Shown here: piece after piece, positions 30,852-38,936 of the stretch
How the letters are laid out: every line of letters begins with the position of its first letter
Numbering within the stretch: the first letter of the stretch is position 1
Assembly: GCA_963833125.1 (NCBI GenBank)
Contig: CAWHWX010000034.1
Coordinates: 43,840-107,839, forward strand
From: Candidatus Bathyarchaeota archaeon
GTDB lineage: Archaea > Thermoproteota > Bathyarchaeia > 40CM-2-53-6
Direction of reading: 5' to 3'
DNA length: 64,000 nucleotides
Notes under the pieces: generated by a model
The model's database searches: none
Seen by the model: only the letters and a program-made list of their open reading frames with translations
Told to the model about the DNA's origin: nothing
Translations under genes and position numbers: made by a program

Positions 30852-31151
30852 CTAGAATGCGTCCAGTTGTCGACGGAAGTACACGTTGCCTGATTCCCTT
30901 CTTACGAATCTTCCGTATCGGCCGCATTCGGACACGAGCATGGGTTGCTGGTCGTCGGGGGACGTGATCACTTCAATGTTGACCAGGCGGTATCGTGGCG
31001 GCTCCGGCTCCTGCCCGAACGTATGCCGGAAATCCTCAATCGTCATTTCCGGCGCCAATTGATCTTGCGTGTCGATGACGACGGAGATCGTTCGGATCGG
31101 GACCTTGATGACGATCTCAGCCGGCAAGGGGTCCGTTCTCCGATCTCCCAC
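30852..31151 (-). CDS. Hypothetical protein in the actin operon, with degenerate Cys motif
   Basis: Overlaps the 3' end of the upstream gene; C-terminus aligns without gaps to the Cys4 motif of ORF 819-1148. Confidence 0.6.
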   Translation of the reverse strand: MGDRRTDPLPAEIVIKVPIRTISVVIDTQDQLAPEMTIEDFRHTFGQEPEPPRYRLVNIEVITSPDDQQPMLVSECGRYGRFVRRESGNVYFRRQLDAF

Positions 31152-31791
31152 GCTTCGACAGAACCTCTAACCACGGGTTATTGCTGAAGTAAGAAGGAAG
31201 AGCTCCCAGGGACTCCCCCCTAGAGGGAGGGTCGGCTTGGTTGAAGTAACTGTGAAGTGCTTCGTCTTGGGCGATATTTGGGGCGAATACGGCGTTACGG
31301 GGGATCTCTTGGGGAGGCTGGGAAAGTTGAGGCGCCAACCCGCCAATCCGCGGGGTTTCGTGTGTGTTCTTGAGGTCGTCGCGTAGTTGGGTCAGGTTGC
31401 GTTCCATTTCAAAATACATCGACTTGAGCGTCGCAAGCTCGGTCACGAGTACTGGATCCTGTGGGAGCTGGTTTGTTTGTAACCGCGATGGTTGCAGTGG
31501 TTGCGGTGCTACCGCTTCGTCAATCCTTCGCTCATCGAAGAATAACAGCCCGATCCCATGAGCTCGGAAAATGGAGGCATCTATCGTTGCGCCCAAAAGC
31601 CGAGGCGCGGCGAGGTAGACGGTCTGATATGAATTCCTAAGCGAGGATAATTTCAGAACCGTGTCGATGATCGAATTTCGTTGAGCCAAATCCCGAGTCT
31701 TCAAAATCATGACATGAACGTTGTCTGCGCCGACGAGAAATGAGAGACCCGCCTGATTCGGATCTTGGTTGGGGGTATGCTGCACGCCCAT
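31117..31791 (-). CDS. Arcadin-2-like protein (putative actin-binding/depolymerising factor)
   Basis: Directly downstream of the actin gene; globular N-domain, coiled coil, low-complexity linker, terminal helix NNPWLEVLSKRG resembling the recalled arcadin-2 C-terminal NxWxxIL motif. Confidence 0.6.
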   Translation of the reverse strand: MGVQHTPNQDPNQAGLSFLVGADNVHVMILKTRDLAQRNSIIDTVLKLSSLRNSYQTVYLAAPRLLGATIDASIFRAHGIGLLFFDERRIDEAVAPQPLQPSRLQTNQLPQDPVLVTELATLKSMYFEMERNLTQLRDDLKNTHETPRIGGLAPQLSQPPQEIPRNAVFAPNIAQDEALHSYFNQADPPSRGESLGALPSYFSNNPWLEVLSKRGRSENGPLAG

Positions 31792-31831
31792 CGCGAGAAA
31801 GTAGTGGAGAATCCTTTCTTCAACCGGAAGG

Positions 31832-33105
31832 CTAGTTTGAAACCTTCATCCACCCCTCCAACCGTTGCCAATCCCAGTCATAGTTCTCTGGAACGGCGAA
31901 ACCGTAGATTATGCACCCATGCCAAACCGAGAACTGCGGTGAACTGGTCATCTTGACTGAAACATTCTTGATACCGCGATCCCGCAGCAGAAGACGCACC
32001 TTCGCGGGAGCGTCAACTGCGATCTCTTGTAACTTGGGCGGTACGGTCCAGCTGAAATTTCCACCCGACAAGAGGACTTCGCGATAGAGCATGGGTTGGA
32101 GTTCAACTGGGCAACGTTCAACCGAGGCGATTATCGCCTCACCGAAATCCAGCATACCCCTGAAGACCGTGTCGCCCATCTTGACGTCCTTCGGTCTCGG
32201 CATTCCGCAGGCTGAAGTAGCTCTCGAAAATCTCGTGGTTCGGATTGAACACATATTCACCGATAAGATATCTTGACCACGAGTCCTTCTCAAGGTCTAT
32301 CTCAACACGCATTTCCGGGGACTCTGTACTTTGCTCTGGATTTTCGCGGGAATTTCTTTGCGTCCGCGATTGCGCTGTCCAGGTTTCCGGGGACTAGGCC
32401 AATGTTTTCCTTGACCTTCCTTACTACCGCTTCCTCATTTGCCAGGTCGCCATAACCAGAATCCTTGAGGATCTCCGATGTTATCGCATTCGCGTCTCCG
32501 CCGCCCCGGTTCAACGCTACTTGTGCGGCTCGGATGGGATATTTCGAGATTGGGCACACTTGACTGTTTCCATGTCCGGACTCGATAACCACACAAGTAG
32601 TGACTCCATGGCCGATGGCGACGGCGAATGGTTGCGGGATGACGGTGACTGCTCTGATCCTTCCGTGGTTATTGTCTTGGAATAACCCAAGCAGTTTCTC
32701 GTACATATAGCGGGGGGAAACTGATGACAGGGACGCGACTACATAGTATCCTTGAAAGCCATTATTTGGTTCAGGTTTGAAGGCGTCTAAGCTGTAGGAG
32801 GATAGGCTGCTTACTCACCGCCAGGCTTGGTCGTCGCTTTTGTCGATCATGCCGTTGCGCATGGGATAGATCAGGCGACTTGACAGATCTTCGGCGGACT
32901 GCAAGTAAAGAGGCACGTCTTCCCCCACAATCACGTCGGATGTCGGTTCGAATGCCTTGTAGATGACGGAGCTTTTGTCGGGGAAATAGCCCCGGTTGTT
33001 TACGATTCTTGGATTTTCGCCAAGGGTTATTGGGCCAAATTTGAAGTCGCTTGTGCCGAAGTCCATAGCGAAGGTATAGTGGCTTCGATAGTTGTCGCCG
33101 CTCAT
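31832..33105 (-). CDS. Crenactin-type archaeal actin (split by several indels)
   Basis: YTFAMDFGTS..KFGPITL, YPMRNG, AVTVIPQPFAVAI, ESGHGNSQVCPIS, ALNRGGGDANAIT.EILKD, LSGGNFSW, PQFSVW.G.IIYG, EGW, collinear with crenactin. Confidence 0.88.
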
Positions 33106-33281
33106 ACCAATGCAGCTCCTTCAATCACGAGTTTCTTGCCATCAATCCGAACGACAACTTCCTGATCAGGGATGAATGGAAAGAGTGAGTCTTTGACAAC
33201 ATCTGCGGGTATGTACAGAATCCCCGTCTTGCTTCTGTCGCCTCGACTGGGGAGAATAATTTTCGCAAATCCTTCAAGCAA
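33102..33281 (-). CDS. 59-aa AbrB/SpoVT-like swapped-hairpin protein (not in ORF track), coupled to the actin gene
   Basis: MLEGFAKIILPSRGDRSKTGILYIPADVVKDSLFPFIPDQEVVVRIDGKKLVIEGAALV; GGTGA upstream of TTG; stop overlaps actin start (ATGA). Confidence 0.7.
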   Translation of the reverse strand: MLEGFAKIILPSRGDRSKTGILYIPADVVKDSLFPFIPDQEVVVRIDGKKLVIEGAALV

Positions 33282-33520
33282 CCGCTAATTCACCATTCAA
33301 ACTGCAATGCGAAGCAGCGTACGAAAATTGGCGATATAACCAAAACAGGGGATGTAGAGCGTCACGTGAGCTGGGTGAAACTAAAGGATTGAAAATTCGC
33401 ACTCGCAACGCAGAGCGCATCTATTCATTGATGACTGGAGTTTGACAGGCAAGTGTCGATAGAGAGTATCTCCTCAACCTAGTCCTCAAATATGCCTGGG
33501 AACTGTAATCTGGTTAGAAA

Positions 33521-33977
33521 TTGGTTCTAGTCATTCCCGCCGATCAACTTCAGTACACAATCAACCACGCAAGAAGCGCCTACCCCGAGGAATGTTGCGG
33601 ATTCCTAATTGGTTTGAACTCGGACGCAACGGCGAGTGCACCGCGCCTATGCAGCTCAGAATGTGGCTACGCCATCGAAACGTCGACGGTATAACATTGA
33701 CCCACTGGAGTTGGTTCGTGCCGATGAAGACGCGCGAAGATCTAACCTCGACTTAATCGGCGTCTACCATTCTCACCCCGACGCTCCAGTGGAGCCATCC
33801 CAAGTTGACCTGGAACATGCTTGGCCTAACTTCGCGTACCTGATATTATCACTCCAAAATGGAGAACCCCGCGATTTTGCAGCGTGGATACTATCCAAAG
33901 ACAGAACCGCGTTCGACCGAAACGAAATCCGGATTGCCGTAACGCTTCCAGGACTGAATGGATTCTCAAGGGAATGA
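33521..33977 (+). CDS. JAB/MPN+ (Mov34) metalloprotease (frameshift near 33628)
   Basis: HARSAYPEECCGFLIG in the upstream frame; GVYHSHPD...PSQVD. Confidence 0.85.
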
Positions 33978-34224
33978 GAGGGATTCTTCTGTTTCGACTG
34001 ATATCATGATTTGATTCCTTTCTGCCAATGGCTTGCAATGTTTCCTCTACCCTGGTCTTTTCAACCGTGGGTCCTTCGTATGTTGTTGAAAATTGTTTCC
34101 CAGGAACCAACACGGATCGAACTTGTTTCTTCAAACCAATTGCTTCCATCGCTAAGTCAACTTGCTGTAGCGCTTCCACCGGGAGAGTTGAACCACTAGC
34201 GGACAAATTCACGATTGCAAGCAA
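33966..34224 (-). CDS. Hypothetical protein of about 85 aa (probable frameshift near the 3' end)
   Basis: ORF-track frame runs deep into the JAB gene; the shifted frame ends NQIMISVETEESLSFP* at 33966. Confidence 0.45.
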
Positions 34225-34437
34225 TGATTTTCATCTAACTCACGCTTGGGGAAATGATAAAGACTCCTCCGCAACGGGTATTGCAAGCGGAAACGAATTC
34301 GTCAATCCGTTCCCGCCAAAAATCAGAACCCGACATCCTCACGCAACGATGAGGGGGTTAGTCGAATAGACTCGTGGGAAAGGAAAAGAGAAGAGGGTGG
34401 GTGAGGGTTCAGCTGAGTGGTCTATTGGGTTGCTGGT

Positions 34438-34551
34438 TTAGTAGTAATAGCCGTAGGCGTATGGCCACGGCCAAGCGTAAGCGTACGGGTAGGGGTAGTA
34501 CGGGTAGGCCATTGCTGGGTACTCAACCACAGGAACCTTAATGGTTCTCAT
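34438..34551 (-). CDS. 37-aa Tyr/Pro-rich peptide (not in ORF track)
   Basis: MRTIKVPVVEYPAMAYPYYPYPYAYAWPWPYAYGYYY; GAGGTGA RBS upstream; pyrimidine-rich terminator-like tract downstream. Confidence 0.65.
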   Translation of the reverse strand: MRTIKVPVVEYPAMAYPYYPYPYAYAWPWPYAYGYYY

Positions 34552-34807
34552 GGATCCAACTTCACCTCTCAAACTCAGAACCCATCATGGTCTAGTATAG
34601 CGGTTAGTGTAATTCTTCTACCCGCGGTAGAGAATTCTACTTTTTCCGTTAATCGGCAAGGCATAAACATCATAGCGTCATCATAGCAAGAGATGCCGTT
34701 CGAAGACATTGCAGCAATTCGCATCAAGTCATAAAATGGAAATGAAAGGGCGGGAGCATGCTGAACGCTGTCAGCAGGTTCCAATCTTGGCCGGTGAGGA
34801 GAGGTTG

Positions 34808-35101
34808 TTAAGGGAGTTTCTTTAGAGTCTGTTTTACTTGGTCTTCCGGAAATGCTCTGAGGCTCATGATCTTCACAGCGTCCGTTGAAAGTGAGCCGAG
34901 AAGTATGGCGAGTGCAGCATCGTCGTTTGGCACGTCGAGTATTTCCACAGCGTCGTACGGGCCAGCGGTAACGTAGCCAGTAAGCTTACCACCGGCTTGC
35001 TCGGCGGCTTTCTTGAATTGGTCGCGGGTCGCCGTGTATTCTTGCTTGAAGTTCCTCTTGCCTTTCTCCGTTAAGTTAACGAACAATACATATGTTGGCA
35101 T
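34808..35101 (-). CDS. GYD domain protein
   Basis: MPTYVLFVNLTEKG, TAGPYDAVEILDVPNDD, SLRAF. Confidence 0.85.
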   Translation of the reverse strand: MPTYVLFVNLTEKGKRNFKQEYTATRDQFKKAAEQAGGKLTGYVTAGPYDAVEILDVPNDDAALAILLGSLSTDAVKIMSLRAFPEDQVKQTLKKLP

Positions 35102-35160
35102 AACCCGTCTTACTCATTTAGCGCCTAAAAGCCTTTAGAAAGACTCACAGAAGAGTTGCG

Positions 35161-35438
35161 CTAGTCGGTCTGTGGGAAATCTCCCTGAAAGATCTCTTCA
35201 ATCGCTCTCCTGGGTGAAGGCGGTGATAGTTCTGTTGCATAGCCTAACGAAAACATCACGACGGGACGCATAGTCTTAATCTCCAAAACCTATTTTACTT
35301 TTCCTCATAGAATTCCCCGACCTAAACCGTGGCTAACCCGAGGTCCACAGCCCCCATCATAGCGAATGTCCCAGCAATTGTTGCGTCCTGCACGCTGTAA
35401 AGCTCTGCCCCTATCTTAACGTCGTTCTCTGCTGAACG
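35161..35438 (-). pseudogene. Decayed nitroreductase family gene (C-terminal half)
   Basis: Hand translation GAELYSVQDATIAGTFAMMGAVDLGLATV*VGEFYEEK / MRPVVMFSLGYATELSPPSPRRAIEEIF; TAG at the conserved Trp position; N-terminus unrecognisable. Confidence 0.7.
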
Positions 35439-35537
35439 GATTTACTTCAGGCCTGAATTAGCACTAAACGTGTAGCTCCTCAAGATTTGAGAATACGTTT
35501 CGAATTTTCGACGATCGCACAATTAAGCCCGGACAAA

Positions 35538-36292
35538 TTACGTGATTACGCGCAACGTCCATAGATCGAGAGCTAAGTCTTCGTCGAGAACGTAAGCGTA
35601 TGGAAGCGTGAAATATCCATTCATTCCCCACGAATCGCCCCACGAGTTTCTTACTATGAACCACTGCTTTGAGTCGTCATACCCGACCGCCAACACGGCG
35701 TGACCCCCTATCGGTTTATCTCCCTGCGCTGGCATCGATTCATGGCCAGTCTTCGCAACTTCTGGGCTTTGCAGGCTTTGATGTGCTTTGATTCCGAAGA
35801 TGAATGGGTATCCGGAAGCGAGACACCCCTTAAGTTGTTCGGCCTTACGGTTCAACCGCTTGTACTGCACTGCCCTATACTTCTTGGCTTGAGCATAGCA
35901 AAGTTCGGGAGGCTTTTCAGCGAATTTCGTATGGTTGTATGGCCACAGCGACTCAGGACAATCGCCTGCTTTTGCCACGGTCTTTATTCCATCACGGAGC
36001 GGAGCACCTGAATCCACATGCGCTGTCCCCGCCATGACCCGTTCATTGTAATATAGAAACAGTCGGGACGGCATGAAGCTCGGGAGCTTCTGTTTCATCA
36101 AATCAAATTGAACTGCCGCGGCAATCGCATTTGCGGTGCAGCTGTTGAGGTCACCTTGATCATAGACTGGGGGGCACTGCGGTCTGAGGTCAGTGGTTGG
36201 TGGTAGCGTGCTAGGATTTCGGGTGGCGCTTCATATGTGTGATCACGTGAGTCCGGATCATCTGGGATCCATCCATATTTCCTAATTGTCAT
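35538..36292 (-). CDS. C1A (papain family, xylellain-like) cysteine peptidase, frameshifted
   Basis: YGWIPD..D.RD, DLRPQCPPVYDQGDLNSCTANA, SRLFLYYNER, GGHAVLAVGYDD, RNSWGDSWG. Confidence 0.88.
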
Positions 36293-36358
36293 TTATTCAA
36301 GGTGCCCTCTTCGTTTCGTTACTTCGATCCAAATCCAGGTTCAGATGATGCCGCCTGG

Positions 36359-37793
36359 TTAGGCATTTGTTCGATCACCGCCGGTCTTCCTAACCAGTTC
36401 GTCGAACCTTGGGTCTGATGTGATGGTGTCGTAGAATGGTCCTTGTTTAACTTGAAATGGAGTAATTGAGCGAAGTTTGAAAGCCTTCTCGAGCCATTCA
36501 AAGGCGCGGTCCAAGTTGCCCAGCTTCGAATGAATGATTGCTAGTCGGTGAGGTTCTAGGCTATCACGGGTAGAGGACTCTTCACACTCTTTGAGGATTT
36601 GTTCGGCCTCCTTTGTCCTGCCAGAGATCGCGTAAACGAGTGCCAGCTCAACTCTCCAACGTATTGATTGGGGTGCTCGATGCATTACCCAATGCAACTC
36701 CGCAAGCGCCTCGTCAAACATCCCCTTAGCCAAGCAGGCATCAGATCGGTTTGCATGGGCTGGTACGAAATTCTGATCTAGCTCCAGTGATCGGTCAAGT
36801 TCTTTCATCGCATCGTCATAGCGCCGGGCGTAGATGAAGAGGCCGCCGGCGTAGGCGTGTATCATCGGCGACAGGGGATCCAAGTCCTCTGCGATCTTCA
36901 GTTGATCTATTGCCTCCTCTATTCGGCCCAGGCTTAGGAGATGGATGGAATACCAATGATGTGCCTTCGCGTAGCCAGGATTAGTTCTTATGGCTTCGGA
37001 AAATTCCTCTTCCGCCGCGGACCAGTTCCATTCGTTGCTAAGGATGTTTCCAAGTGAAGTATGGGCTTCGGCAAGAGCTCCGTCAAGGCTAAGCGCTTTC
37101 GTCAAAGCGTTCCTTGCTTTATCATAGCCATCTGTTGAAGTAATGTATCCGTGGTTTACAAGTACAACGTAACAGTCAGCCAGTCCAGAGTAGGCCCGTG
37201 CAAAGTCAGGGTCCTTCTTTATCGCATCTTCGAAGTACTTGACCGCTTTCATCAGCGAATCTCTAGACCGTTCGTTCCAACAGAATCTCCCTTTCAAGTA
37301 GAGCGTGTACGCGTCGAGGTCTCCTGTCAGTCTCTTGTCAAGGCGTTCTTTTTCTATCGGCAAGAGTTTGACTTTGAGTGCTGCCGCTACTTCCTTTGAG
37401 ATCTCGCTCTGAATTGCGAATATGTCTTTCATTTCTCTATCGAACGATTCTGACCATAGATGGTCACCGCTCTCGGAGTCTATCAGTTGAACGGTGATTC
37501 GTAGATTGTCCCCCGCTTTCCGTACGCTTCCCTCGATTACAGTTCCAACTGTAAGCTCTCTTGCGATTTGATCGATTTTCTTCTGGCCGCCCTTATAGCC
37601 CATGACGGAAGTCCTTGCAATCACCTTCAGCCCACCTATCTTTGTCATAGTCGAGATCATTTCCTCGGTCAGCCCGTCCGAAGTATTCGTCCTTAGCGTC
37701 AGGGCTGATGCTTTGCAAGGGCAAAACGGCAACTCTATGTTTGTCTAATGTTGACAGTGTTGAAGAGAATGCTGGAGGAACAAAGCTCTTCAT
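36359..37793 (-). CDS. TolB-like (Flg/CsgG-fold) plus TPR repeat protein lacking an N-terminal catalytic domain (frameshift near 37680)
   Basis: RVAVLPLQSISPDAKDEYF/DGLTEEMIST..KIGGLKVIARTS, EGSVRK, AYTLYLKGR, multiple TPRs; start at ATG 37793. Confidence 0.8.
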
Positions 37794-37846
37794 ACGATCC
37801 GGATCACTTGGCTGCAAGTGTTCTCGCCTAGTCTGGTTTGGTTTGT

Positions 37847-38007
37847 TGGTAGCCCGGGGGAGATTCGGGCAATTCGGGCGCTTTCGTGCCTCCCGTCGGC
37901 AGGTTTCTCCTCTGGTGAGGGGATCCAGAGCCATCTAGTGGCAGGTTTCTGGCGCCAATGCTATGCATAGTCCCATGTGCGTGGTTTGACCACTACACCA
38001 CCGGGCT
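37847..38007 (-). tRNA. tRNA-Gln (anticodon CUG) with four BHB introns and encoded CCA
   Basis: Spliced product AGCCCGG-TG-GTGT-AGTGGTCAA-GCAT-A-GCAGG-CTCTGGA-CCTGC-CGAC-GGGAG-TT(gcc)CGAAT-CTCCC-CCGGGCT-A-CCA; introns 37985-37967, 37958-37933, 37924-37905, 37889-37873; all four stems pair. Confidence 0.88.
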
Positions 38008-38034
38008 ACCGAATGCAAGCCAGCCCTCGGTAGG

Positions 38035-38049
38035 TATCTTAACGTTTCG
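38035..38049 (-). promoter_or_regulatory. BRE/TATA-like promoter of the tRNA-Gln gene
   Basis: CGAAACG-TTAAGATA about 28 nt upstream of tRNA position 1. Confidence 0.5.
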
Positions 38050-38139
38050 TTAGACCCGAGACTAGTTATTTCAGATCAAACCCAAACTGTACAGGACAAG
38101 ATTAGAATAGATCGTAGCTTCCCTTCATGCTGATTACGG

Positions 38140-38919
38140 TTGAAACGATCTGGGTCCCTCTCGCTGCGATTGACGTTGACTGCTGTGAATGCGGCTTTGT
38201 ACGCGGGGATTGGCGCCTTGTGGACAGTTTTTCCACTAATGATCTTCGGAGTTAGGTTTTGGCCACAAGTCTTCGCACCTGCCACCTTCGCCATATTGTT
38301 TGGGCCCTGGGTTGGAGGGATAGGAGCGGCAATTGGGATATTCCTTGCCGACGTCATCTACGGGCACCATGACGCGCTCCTGAGTCTCCTCGTAGGGGTG
38401 CCGTCTAATTTCATTGGATTCTTCGTTATTGGATGGCTCACGAACCATGAATGGAAGGGAGTGGCGAGGCGCATTTTGGTTGCGGTAAGCTTACTGATTC
38501 AACCACTCTACGCTATTGCCTTAGTTCTCGGATTGTATTTTCTGTTCGGCGTGGCCACGATTGGGTCTTCGACTTCCTACTTGGGACTTGCGGGATTAAT
38601 TGTCGTTCTCGCCATTGTCTTCCTCATAGTCGTTCGGAATAGATGGGCGGATTTTGAGGTTGCAGCTTCAATTGGCCTCGCGGTTGGAACGGGGATAATC
38701 GGCTTGGGGATTGTGGCTTACAGCGCGATTTTCGGCCTTCCGGTCGCGGTTGGTCTCGGCACTAAACCTTTGGCGGGGGCTTTTGTCTATCTGGTGGCGG
38801 CTTCAAGCTATTTCACCGAAATTCCGTTCATGGTTGTGTTGACTCCGCCTGTTGCCGCAGCCTGTCGAGCAGCCTTCCCTAGCCTCCGAGCAATCGACCA
38901 GAGAAGCAAGAAAAATTAG
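38140..38919 (+). CDS. ECF transporter S-component-like membrane protein
   Basis: AVNAALYA, GVRFWPQVFAP, LFGPWVGGIGAAIGIFLAD, GVPSNFIGF. Confidence 0.7.
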   Translation: MKRSGSLSLRLTLTAVNAALYAGIGALWTVFPLMIFGVRFWPQVFAPATFAILFGPWVGGIGAAIGIFLADVIYGHHDALLSLLVGVPSNFIGFFVIGWLTNHEWKGVARRILVAVSLLIQPLYAIALVLGLYFLFGVATIGSSTSYLGLAGLIVVLAIVFLIVVRNRWADFEVAASIGLAVGTGIIGLGIVAYSAIFGLPVAVGLGTKPLAGAFVYLVAASSYFTEIPFMVVLTPPVAAACRAAFPSLRAIDQRSKKN

Positions 38920-38936
38920 AGCAGCCGGCCGATCCG

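Noticed and set aside
34417-34686. Plus-strand 89-aa ORF (MVYWVAG...)
   Set aside because: Shadow of the minus-strand Tyr/Pro peptide, which has the RBS and codon pattern.
37794-37938. ORF-track ORFs 37593-37934 (N-terminal part) and 37708-37938
   Set aside because: They overlap the intron-containing tRNA-Gln; only the part from ATG 37793 matches the TPR protein.
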